Positions 56,238-64,000 of a stretch of 64,000 nt of DNA are shown here, in pieces. Position numbers and translations under genes: made by a program. A model generated the notes under the pieces. That model ran no database searches. It was not told where the DNA came from and worked only from the letters and a program-made list of their open reading frames with translations. Where the stretch lies: positions 21,565 to 85,564 of the forward strand of contig JAGXHI010000028.1 of assembly GCA_024636295.1 (NCBI GenBank), written 5' to 3'. This DNA comes from Desulfuromonadales bacterium (lineage in GTDB: Bacteria; Desulfobacterota; Desulfuromonadia; Desulfuromonadales; JAGXHI01). Position 1 is the first letter of the stretch. Every line of letters starts with the position of its first letter.

Positions 56238-56934
56238 CCAGTATCTTTCCGGAAAGGACAATGGCCGGATTTGCGAAAACCAGGCGGTTTGCCGCCTCTT
56301 TTCCGATAAGGCGCGCTGCCGCTCGCAGACCGCGGGAAAGAACAGGCTTTCGCGATTCCGGCGAATGCGCATCGGTCGCCAGAAAGTGAACTGCATTCTT
56401 TCTTATCAGGTACGCAGCGCACTCCCTCGCTTCGGGACCGAAATGACCTGTGAGGCTGTCGGCGGTCACCTGCACCAGAGCGCCGAGGCGTATCAGGTCG
56501 AAGAGTCGCTCGGGATTTTCGATAATGGAAGGATTCCGCTCAGGATGGGTGATAATCGGTTTCAGCCCTTCGAGAAGAACAGCGAAGATCATTTCCTCCG
56601 CATTGGGCGGAAGGTGGGAATGAGGAAATTCGAAGAGGAGATAATCGGAACCGTTGATGGTGTAGTTTTTCAGATCGCGCACATCCAGGAGCCCGTAAAC
56701 ATCCGCTCCGGGCAATATCTCCAGACTGATTTTTTCCCCCCGGAGTTCTGAATTAAGGATGTCCACATTGCGGCGGATCAAATCAGGAGCATTTTCCTTG
56801 CCCATCACATGGGGCGTAGCGACAATCTGGCGAATCCCGTCCTTGACAGCGATTCTGGCCATCTCCAGAGAGTGCTCCATTGTCGCCGGGCCGTCATCCA
56901 TCCGGGGGAGGATATGGCAATGCAGATCGATCAC
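56230..56934 (-). CDS. PHP-domain protein-tyrosine phosphatase (CpsB/YwqE type)
   Basis: 234 aa. MIDLHCHILPRMDDGP and ATPHV motifs. Confidence 0.85.
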   Translation of the reverse strand: MIDLHCHILPRMDDGPATMEHSLEMARIAVKDGIRQIVATPHVMGKENAPDLIRRNVDILNSELRGEKISLEILPGADVYGLLDVRDLKNYTINGSDYLLFEFPHSHLPPNAEEMIFAVLLEGLKPIITHPERNPSIIENPERLFDLIRLGALVQVTADSLTGHFGPEARECAAYLIRKNAVHFLATDAHSPESRKPVLSRGLRAAARLIGKEAANRLVFANPAIVLSGKILDV

Positions 56935-59117
56935 TTCAGAATCCCTGGAGAAAACCCACCTTCTTTTTTGTGGGCGACATAGTAATCACTGTAGTAATAA
57001 TCCGCTTTACGGACATTGACACCATTGAGCACAAGCCCCAAAACGCGCGCATTGACGTCATGCAGGGCCTTCAAAGAGCGCCCGGCGAGTTCATAAGTGG
57101 TCTTGTGGGCCAGGATAACCAGGAGGGAGCCATCGAAAATTCGGCTCAGAATCGCGGGATCCGATACCGAAAGAAGCGGGGGCGAATCACAGATGACCAT
57201 ATCAAATTCCTGACCGAGGGATTCGATGAGCTTCTTCATCCTCTTCGACATCAGGAGTTCCGACGGATTGGGCGGGATCGGTCCTGAAGTGAGGATCATC
57301 AGGTTGGGCAAAGGTCCCTGCTGCAGGAGGTGATTCCCAGGCGACGCCCCTGCCAGGAAATTGCTGAGTCCCTGCCGATTGTTCAATCCGAAGATCTTGT
57401 GAAGTCGGGGTTTTCGAAGATCACCGTCGATCAGAACCACGCGGTTTTCGGATTGAGCGAGAACCGTCGCAAGGTTGACCGCCGTCGTACTTTTGCCTTC
57501 CCCGACGGTGGAGCTTGTAACGAGAATGCGGCGCGGAGGTGAATCGGCGGAAGAAAGAAGGAGTGTGCTCCTAAGAGCCTTGTACCCTTCCGCGGTTCCC
57601 GAAAGCGGCTCTTTCAGAACGATCTCCTCAACGTTCTGTTTTCCACGGCAGCGGGAAACCATCCCAAGAACCGGAGCGCCCAGCACAGCTTCGGCTTCCT
57701 CGGGATTCTTCACCGAATTATCCAGGTATTCCACAAAGAAGGCGAAGGCCACTCCACCCAACAGACCCAGAACCATTCCCAGGGAAAGATTGAGCGCTTT
57801 GAGGGGCTTCGATGGAACTCTCGGCACCTGTGCCTCCTCGACAATCAAGACATTCACCGGATTATTTTCCTCCGTAATGCTCTGCTCCTTTATCCTCAGC
57901 ATCAGAGCATCATAGAGTTGCCGATTGGTGTCCAACTCTCGTTTGAGGGCGCCGTATTGAACAAATTTTTCATTGAGAAGATGCGCCTCGCCCTTTGTCT
58001 GCTCCATCTGGCCGCGCAAACTTCTTTCCGTGGACTGCGCCAGTTCGTATTCATTCTTGATCGACTCGACAATCCTTTCTATTTCCTGCTCCTTTTTCAT
58101 TTTCAGAATCGTCAGATCGCCGAGGGCCTTCTCCATGACCGGGTGCTTTTTCCCATATTTGCCGGAGAGCTCCATGATATTTTTTTCGGCAGTCACAATC
58201 TGCGAACGGAGTGCACTAAGCGAGGGATCGGAAGCAACAGCGGAGACGGTTTCAGGCGATCTGACCCTTTTCACCTTATAATAGAGCGCCTCCAGACGTT
58301 TCCGCTCCGATTCGGCTCGCACCAGTTGCGTACTGATTTCAGAGATTTCCTCCGGGGTACCGGTAACACGGTTTTCGAGGGTGACGATATCGTTAGCCTT
58401 CATATACGCGTGAAGAGCCTTTTCGGACTTTTCAAGTTTCAGTCTCTCGGCTTCCGCCTTTTTGGTCATCCATTCCAGGGTGCGCCGGGTACCCTCCATC
58501 TTCATGTTCAGCGTTTCCTCGATGTACGCCTTGGCCGTGGTATTGGCGATCAGTGCGGCGAATTCCGGATGAGGGGACGTAAAACTGATGACGACTATCC
58601 GGCTCTCGGCTATGGGCTGGACGATGAGATTCGGGAGAATTGCATTGACCATCCTGTCTTCGGGCGAGGTTTTGGCCTTTTCTTCTTCAGCGATTCCTTC
58701 CTGATCACCCTCGCTTGAGTTGCTGAACAGACCGGAAAGAAAACCGGCAACCTTGTTTTTGATTTCTGAGGAAAGGCTCTTTTCGGATCCCGACCCGAAA
58801 AATTCCATGGAATTTTCATCGAGAGAAAGAAGGTTTACAACACGCAGAGCTACCGGCCTGCTTTTTATCAACTGAAATTGAGTCTGATAAAAGCCTGGAT
58901 CAAAGGAACTGGATCGGTAATTGCCTGTCAGCCCCGCACCTCCGTCTTTTTCCAACATAACCTTGGTGGAGGCTTTGTACTGGGGAGTGGTCGTAAAGGT
59001 AAAAAAGACCACAAAGAGAAAAGTGACCAGAAAAAAAATGCCCGTGACCGCGCGTCTCTTTTTAAGGACACGCAGGTAATCTCTCAAATGGACGTTTTCT
59101 TGCGGGATGATGGGCAT
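56931..59117 (-). CDS. polysaccharide co-polymerase / BY-kinase (Wzc/GumC-like tyrosine autokinase)
   Basis: 728 aa. Wzz-like N-terminus with two TM segments and a coiled coil. Walker A STVGEGKSTTAVNLA. Tyr-rich tail ADYYYSDYYV. Confidence 0.85.
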   Translation of the reverse strand: MPIIPQENVHLRDYLRVLKKRRAVTGIFFLVTFLFVVFFTFTTTPQYKASTKVMLEKDGGAGLTGNYRSSSFDPGFYQTQFQLIKSRPVALRVVNLLSLDENSMEFFGSGSEKSLSSEIKNKVAGFLSGLFSNSSEGDQEGIAEEEKAKTSPEDRMVNAILPNLIVQPIAESRIVVISFTSPHPEFAALIANTTAKAYIEETLNMKMEGTRRTLEWMTKKAEAERLKLEKSEKALHAYMKANDIVTLENRVTGTPEEISEISTQLVRAESERKRLEALYYKVKRVRSPETVSAVASDPSLSALRSQIVTAEKNIMELSGKYGKKHPVMEKALGDLTILKMKKEQEIERIVESIKNEYELAQSTERSLRGQMEQTKGEAHLLNEKFVQYGALKRELDTNRQLYDALMLRIKEQSITEENNPVNVLIVEEAQVPRVPSKPLKALNLSLGMVLGLLGGVAFAFFVEYLDNSVKNPEEAEAVLGAPVLGMVSRCRGKQNVEEIVLKEPLSGTAEGYKALRSTLLLSSADSPPRRILVTSSTVGEGKSTTAVNLATVLAQSENRVVLIDGDLRKPRLHKIFGLNNRQGLSNFLAGASPGNHLLQQGPLPNLMILTSGPIPPNPSELLMSKRMKKLIESLGQEFDMVICDSPPLLSVSDPAILSRIFDGSLLVILAHKTTYELAGRSLKALHDVNARVLGLVLNGVNVRKADYYYSDYYVAHKKEGGFSPGILK

Positions 59118-59150
59118 GGAATCAAACCTTTCGCGAATGAAACATGGTCT

Positions 59151-59963
59151 TCAGAAAAAACTCTCAGGCACTACGATGACGTCTCCCGGAAGAATCGGCG
59201 TGTGCATCGAGACGTTTTCAAGGACGCTTTCCCGTCCCTGAACCTTTCGAATTATTTTTACTTTTTTTTGGGAGGCCAGATTGGTAAATCCTCCGGCCAT
59301 GGTGATCGCCTGAATGAGAGTCTCCCCTTTTTCGAGTTTGTAAGCATCCGGACGATTCACCTGCCCGGTTACAAAGATGATTCCCGCTTTGGGCACGAAA
59401 ACGTTATCCCCGTCCCGAATGGCAATGTCCAGGGAGGTGTCCCCCCTCTCGAGCAGATCCTTAAGATTGATCGGAATCATCTGTTCCCCTCCAGTTCCCG
59501 TTTCAGGGGAACTGCGACGGATCGTCAGGTAATCTCCGGCTTCCCTGTTCAGCCCCTCTGCTTTGGAAATCAGCTCGAGCAGAGTGGTTGGGCCGCTCAG
59601 TTCATAAAGTCCGGGAGAATTCACCTGCCCCATGATAGTGACCTTCTTGCTCCGGAACTCCTCTATAAAAACAGAGATCTGCGGATTGACGATATATCCG
59701 TCGGACAATTTCTCGGCAAGCAATTGAGAAACTTCAGGTATGGTCATTCCGCTGATCCGAACCTGGCCGATCAGGGGAAAGTGAATTACTCCTTCCCCCG
59801 AAACCCGGGCCACCGAGGTCAAGTCGGCATGATCATAAACCTCGATCTTGATGACATCCCCTTCTCCGATCCGGTATTCGGAATCAGCCGCAAAAGATGC
59901 CGCTGGAGCAAGGACGATCATACACGCCAAGACCCATCGCCAAAGATCGTGATCAAGTTTCAT
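59151..59963 (-). CDS. polysaccharide export protein (Wza-like, Poly_export + SLBB)
   Basis: 270 aa. Signal peptide, YRIGEGDVIKIEVY, and an SLBB-like second half. Confidence 0.8.
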   Translation of the reverse strand: MKLDHDLWRWVLACMIVLAPAASFAADSEYRIGEGDVIKIEVYDHADLTSVARVSGEGVIHFPLIGQVRISGMTIPEVSQLLAEKLSDGYIVNPQISVFIEEFRSKKVTIMGQVNSPGLYELSGPTTLLELISKAEGLNREAGDYLTIRRSSPETGTGGEQMIPINLKDLLERGDTSLDIAIRDGDNVFVPKAGIIFVTGQVNRPDAYKLEKGETLIQAITMAGGFTNLASQKKVKIIRKVQGRESVLENVSMHTPILPGDVIVVPESFF

Positions 59964-60036
59964 TTCTCACCTTTCATGGGAAAAAGTGCGAATCGGGTTG
60001 AATTGTTTCAAGCATCTTCCGATACAGATGGATTTA

Positions 60037-61434
60037 TTAGAGGGCCGCCGTCAGTGACAGAAATATCGTGTTGTTCGTGTAGTCGAAAATTTCAAAATTT
60101 GAATTGCGATCCACATAGGTGTAGGCAGCACTCAGATTGAGCCACCTCCGGAAGGAGTACCCCAGGGACAAAGAGGCGCTGACATATTTGTCTTCCCTGT
60201 CATTCGTCACGCCGCCAAAGGTAATGGATTCCTGATAATCTTCCTGAACGTACGACAGATCAACCGACCCGGTGATCCGGGGCGCCAGTCTCTGATTGTA
60301 GCCAATTCCTGCACGGTGGGTAAGGATAGTCCCTCCGCCCTGAATGTCGGTTTCATCGATTCGGCGCAGAGCAAGGAGGTAGAGGGAAGTTTTGGGGCTG
60401 TAGCGGTAATCGATCTGAAATTCACCAATCAGGTCCTCGCGATCGTCGATCTCCTGATCGAAATCTTTCATACCGTATCCCAGCTTGAGGCGAGCCCGGG
60501 ATTTTGCGCCGGAATTCCACTGAAGTCCTCCGAAGAAGTGATGCTCCTTGCTATCGCTCTGCAGATCCCGGTCATAATCCACATCCAGATACTCGTACTG
60601 AAGAAACACCGCGGTTTTGGGAAGAACGCGGTAAAACGCATAAGTCGATACGACCTGATCGTCGCGGTCCCGAAAATCATTTCGCTCTTCATCATAGTTT
60701 AGTGAATACAGGGAATAATCGGCGCGGAGCAGAATCTTCGGGGTGATCTGGTAGGCCGCCAGGAAATTGAAAAAATTCGAACGAAATTCGTCAAGCTGCC
60801 GGGATAGGCCAGTGCTGTAGGCATCCTGGTCTATCTCGTAAATGTCCATGACTTCCAGGGAAAGTCCGCCTCGGAAGTTATATTGCAGGAATCCTTCTGC
60901 GTGATGGCTTTCCGTCTCTTCTTCCGGAAAGTTCGCATGTTCACGGAACTCTGACCGGAACAGTCCATAGGCCTGCAGACGTCTCTCGGCCTCCACCTGA
61001 AAGCGGCTGACGGCAAGCCCGCCCGGAGCGGTATTCATAGTCCGAACCCGAAGGAGCTGCTGTCGGCTTGCGGGAAAAGACATCCAGATTCCAGGTGTAA
61101 TGAGGGTTATAAATTCATCGACTTCCCCATCGGAGGTATTGAAAAGATTGTCCGTATAGTATTCGCCGAGAGAAAGGAATGGATGAAAATAGCCCGTCTT
61201 GCCACCCAATACTGCACCGGCGGAAGATCTCCGGTCCAGCGGTTCGGGCTGATAGAGAGCCTCAGCAGGCAAAGGTGAAGCCTCCTCAAGGCTGGGCAGG
61301 GACATATCCTGTTCAGCCGGCGAGCTGCATGGGGTCAGAATGAGGAGCAGGAACAGCAGGAAATTCCAGCGACGGAAACCTCTTAGTGCAGAAGAGAAAG
61401 GCACTTTTACCCCTCCGGAAAATGAGCAGGACAA
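60037..61434 (-). CDS. predicted outer-membrane beta-barrel protein of the EPS locus
   Basis: 465 aa. Signal peptide, alternating beta-strand pattern, and a C-terminal aromatic-rich terminus (FLSLTAAL). Family not identified. Confidence 0.55.
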   Translation of the reverse strand: MSCSFSGGVKVPFSSALRGFRRWNFLLFLLLILTPCSSPAEQDMSLPSLEEASPLPAEALYQPEPLDRRSSAGAVLGGKTGYFHPFLSLGEYYTDNLFNTSDGEVDEFITLITPGIWMSFPASRQQLLRVRTMNTAPGGLAVSRFQVEAERRLQAYGLFRSEFREHANFPEEETESHHAEGFLQYNFRGGLSLEVMDIYEIDQDAYSTGLSRQLDEFRSNFFNFLAAYQITPKILLRADYSLYSLNYDEERNDFRDRDDQVVSTYAFYRVLPKTAVFLQYEYLDVDYDRDLQSDSKEHHFFGGLQWNSGAKSRARLKLGYGMKDFDQEIDDREDLIGEFQIDYRYSPKTSLYLLALRRIDETDIQGGGTILTHRAGIGYNQRLAPRITGSVDLSYVQEDYQESITFGGVTNDREDKYVSASLSLGYSFRRWLNLSAAYTYVDRNSNFEIFDYTNNTIFLSLTAAL

Positions 61435-61535
61435 GGAATGTTTATTGAGAACCGAACTCAGAAAATGTTAAATCACTTTAACAATTTTTCGGAGATTGTC
61501 AAATAGGACCTACAATAGATGGAATGTTCATTCTT

Positions 61536-63455
61536 TCAAGTATTCCCGACAGGAAGGATGCGGAGCTTTGGCTCAGGATGTGCTGCTCTGGATTTTTTGG
61601 TATTTTCGTGTTCCGGCTGAAATTCAGGAACCATTTCTCTCAAAATGACGCGGAGCCCCGGGTCGCCTCCGGCATGAACCGCTCGTTCGATCTTCTCCAG
61701 CAGGAAGAAAATTCTCGCTGCATCCTGAAAAGCTGATTCCATGACCCGTATCTTATCGTGTCGAGTGGGCAGGACGCCCTCTCCGGCCAGCATCAGTTCT
61801 TCATGAAGTTTCTCTCCCGGCCGAAGACCGGAAAAAACGATATCGATATCCTCGTAAGGCCGAAGCCCCGAAAGCCGGATAATTTCCTCCGCCAGGTGCA
61901 ACACTTTGACAGGGTTTCCCATATCCAGAAGAAAGATCTCTCCCCCCATCCCCATGCATCCCGCCTGGAGGACAAGCTGGACCGCCTCGGGGATGGTCAT
62001 GAAAAACCGGGTAATCTCCGGATGGGTCACCGTGACGGGACCGCCTTTTTGGATCTGTTCCTTAAAAATGGGGACAACGCTGCCATTGCTTCCGAGAACA
62101 TTACCGAATCTGACTGTGACAAATTTGACGGAACTTTTACGGGCCAGCGTCTGGACGTAAATCTCCGCGGCGCGTTTGGTGGCTCCCATGACATTCGTAG
62201 GATTTACAGCTTTGTCCGTGGAAACCATGACAAAATGATCAATGCCGTGGCAGTGTGCCGCATCCGCGAGAATTCGAGTCCCGAGAATATTGTTCTCGGC
62301 GACTACTACGGAATTGCTTTCCGACATGGGGACATGCTTGTAAGCGGCGGCATGGAAAACCACATCTGGACGGTAATGCGAAAAAACAAAGTCCACCTTT
62401 GACCGATTGCGGATATCGCCCAGACTCGAAACAAGAGAAATCCCCGGGAATTTAGCCATAAGCTCATTTTCAATGTGAAACAGGGGAGTTTCGGCATTAT
62501 CAAAGAGCACCATGCATTCCGGATCAAACACCGCCACCTGCCGGCATATTTCACTACCGATACTTCCGCCTGCGCCGGTGATCAGAACTTTTTTCTCCCT
62601 TAAATAATTGGCGATATTTTCTACATCCAGGCTGACCTGCTTGCGCCCGAGAAGGTCCTCGATCTGAACGTCGCGGATATGCTGCACCGAAACGCGACCT
62701 TGAAGTATGTCTCCCAGGGCCGGAAGGATCTGCGATCGGATATTCAAACGTCGACAGAGCTCGGCAATTTTTCTCAACTGCCTGGAGGATACGGCCGGTT
62801 GAGCGATGATCACCGTCTCTACTTTCTCTACCCGGCATATTTTTTCCAGATCGTCCAGCGCTCCCAGGACTGGAAGACCCTGAAAAGTCTGTCCCTGTCG
62901 CTCGAGATCGTCGTCCAGGTATCCGACCACGTTCTTTTCGAGATGAGGATTCTGGTAGATTTCCTTTGCGATCATCTGCCCAACGCCTCCGGCGCCGATG
63001 ACCAGGACTTTCTTTCCTGCTTTGGAATGCACTCCCCTGCTCCTTTCCCGGAGAATTCGGGTGAACACCCGCGTGCCGCTCATCAACAGGAAACAAAGAA
63101 TGAAATCGAGAATTGGAACCGAGCGGGGGATGGGAAGAGAGCTGAAAACGAATATGACGTATACTAAGAAAAGCCCTGAAGCAAGGATATTTGCTTTCAG
63201 GAGGGTGACGAGATCGGGCAGCGAAATGTAGCGCCACCATCCTGAAAACAGCTTCATCCGCCAGAAGACGATAAGTTTGATTCCGATCAAAGCAGGGAGA
63301 AGTCCGACCATGGATACCCAGTATTTTGCAGGGATCGCCGAATCGAACCGGATGATAAAAGAAAACAAAAATGCGGAAATGATCACCAGAAGTTGAAAAG
63401 TGAAAATGATCGGTTTACGAAAGGTACTCTCGAGAAGAGCTTTCAGAGGTTCCAT
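61536..63455 (-). CDS. membrane-bound nucleotide-sugar 4,6-dehydratase/epimerase (CapD/PglF/WbpM family)
   Basis: 639 aa. Four N-terminal TM segments, two Rossmann motifs (VIGAGGVGQ, ITGAGGSIGSE), and the catalytic region MGATKR. Confidence 0.85.
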   Translation of the reverse strand: MEPLKALLESTFRKPIIFTFQLLVIISAFLFSFIIRFDSAIPAKYWVSMVGLLPALIGIKLIVFWRMKLFSGWWRYISLPDLVTLLKANILASGLFLVYVIFVFSSLPIPRSVPILDFILCFLLMSGTRVFTRILRERSRGVHSKAGKKVLVIGAGGVGQMIAKEIYQNPHLEKNVVGYLDDDLERQGQTFQGLPVLGALDDLEKICRVEKVETVIIAQPAVSSRQLRKIAELCRRLNIRSQILPALGDILQGRVSVQHIRDVQIEDLLGRKQVSLDVENIANYLREKKVLITGAGGSIGSEICRQVAVFDPECMVLFDNAETPLFHIENELMAKFPGISLVSSLGDIRNRSKVDFVFSHYRPDVVFHAAAYKHVPMSESNSVVVAENNILGTRILADAAHCHGIDHFVMVSTDKAVNPTNVMGATKRAAEIYVQTLARKSSVKFVTVRFGNVLGSNGSVVPIFKEQIQKGGPVTVTHPEITRFFMTIPEAVQLVLQAGCMGMGGEIFLLDMGNPVKVLHLAEEIIRLSGLRPYEDIDIVFSGLRPGEKLHEELMLAGEGVLPTRHDKIRVMESAFQDAARIFFLLEKIERAVHAGGDPGLRVILREMVPEFQPEHENTKKSRAAHPEPKLRILPVGNT

Positions 63456-63461
63456 GACTTC

Positions 63462-64000
63462 TCACCTCTCGCCCTGATCCGCCCCGATACGACCGGATTC
63501 AGACCCGCGCCGTTCGGAGCGCGTGGAAATAATTATTTTCCCGGGTATCCGCACCGGCGGATGTACCGCCGGAGATGGCATGCCTCTGGAGACCCCCTCC
63601 CGGAGATTCCACCCCTGAAAGCGGGTGCGGCGGGTCGCAGCGGTCATCACCTTTGAAACGGCCCTGCAGGTGTCCGCCATGTTTTCAATATTCAGTGTTG
63701 GATGCACAAGGAACATCAGGCTGGTTTCCCCCAGTTCCCGAGCCACCGGCAGTCGTTCCCGAGGGGCTATTCCTGTTCCGTCAAAGGCCTGCTCCAGGTA
63801 AATCTCGCTGCAGCTTCCGCTGAAGCATGGAATCCCCTCTTCGTTGACGGCATTCAGCACCCTGTCCCGATCCCAGCTTTTCCGAAGCTTTTCGGATCGA
63901 ATGAAGGTGTAATACTTATAATAGGAATGATGAAAATCCCGAGATGGCTTTGTGATTCGAAGAGCGGGAAATTCTTCGAATTTTTCCATCAGAATGTCAG
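63462..64000 (-). CDS. DegT/DnrJ/EryC1/StrS-family sugar aminotransferase; 5' part outside the window
   Basis: The reading frame is open to the window edge. Its C-terminal domain resembles this family (YYKYYTFIR, EEGIPCFSGSCSEIYLE). It has an unusually long ~55-aa basic tail. Confidence 0.7.
   Translation of the reverse strand, partial: DILMEKFEEFPALRITKPSRDFHHSYYKYYTFIRSEKLRKSWDRDRVLNAVNEEGIPCFSGSCSEIYLEQAFDGTGIAPRERLPVARELGETSLMFLVHPTLNIENMADTCRAVSKVMTAATRRTRFQGWNLREGVSRGMPSPAVHPPVRIPGKIIISTRSERRGSESGRIGADQGER

Noticed and set aside
58878-60140. 420-aa plus-strand ORF
   Set aside because: Antisense to the Wza-like gene, the BY-kinase gene and the 3' end of the beta-barrel gene. No recognisable domain.
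63462-63640. ~55-aa Arg/Gly/Ser-rich C-terminal tail on the DegT-family aminotransferase
   Set aside because: It may reflect a missed frameshift or simply run-on to the next stop. I could not find a better alternative frame, so it is only noted in the feature.

Overview
This looks like a chromosomal window from a moderately GC-rich, Deltaproteobacteria/Syntrophales-like anaerobe; that taxonomic guess rests only on gene content and protein flavour. Most of it is densely packed housekeeping. On the minus strand: RNA methyltransferases, holC, a four-subunit 2-oxoacid:ferredoxin oxidoreductase, apgM-like, xerD-like, a translationally coupled mutS-amidase-glnD run, an MCP, glk-exbDB, HIT, glnB-glnA, and a polysaccharide export/biosynthesis locus at the right end. 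On the plus strand: maeB, thrC, lpxA-moaC-mog, cydAB, two tandem cytochrome c / FeS / NrfD modules followed by a DUF2339 membrane protein, an orphan ku, and an Mla-type lipid transport operon. One tRNA-Gln(CUG) is present. I saw no CRISPR array, no intact IS or transposase, no prophage and no recognisable defence system. What the protein-coding genes do not explain is mostly RNA-level or decay-level. (1) Two ~180-nt paralogous intergenic elements (7.5 kb and 15.9 kb) have a long closing helix, central hairpin and wobble pattern that suggest a plus-strand structured RNA (6S-like fold), with a MITE as the alternative. (2) An ArsM/UbiE-like methyltransferase has an in-frame UGA at a conserved Cys position, followed by a SECIS-like GGUC hairpin, so it is a candidate selenoprotein; it also carries an apparent 1-nt N-terminal frameshift. 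(3) Two minus-strand sRNA candidates have perfect TTGACA -35 boxes and share a 30-nt identical segment (terminator 3' half plus U tract) whose loop carries CCCUCCU (anti-Shine-Dalgarno). (4) The tandem catalytic-subunit-less tetraheme/FeS/NrfD modules. (5) A structured, terminator-ended leader lies upstream of ku. (6) A small decay island holds an inverted-repeat element and a peptidase gene fragment. All homology calls come from reading the translations by eye; no database search was run.
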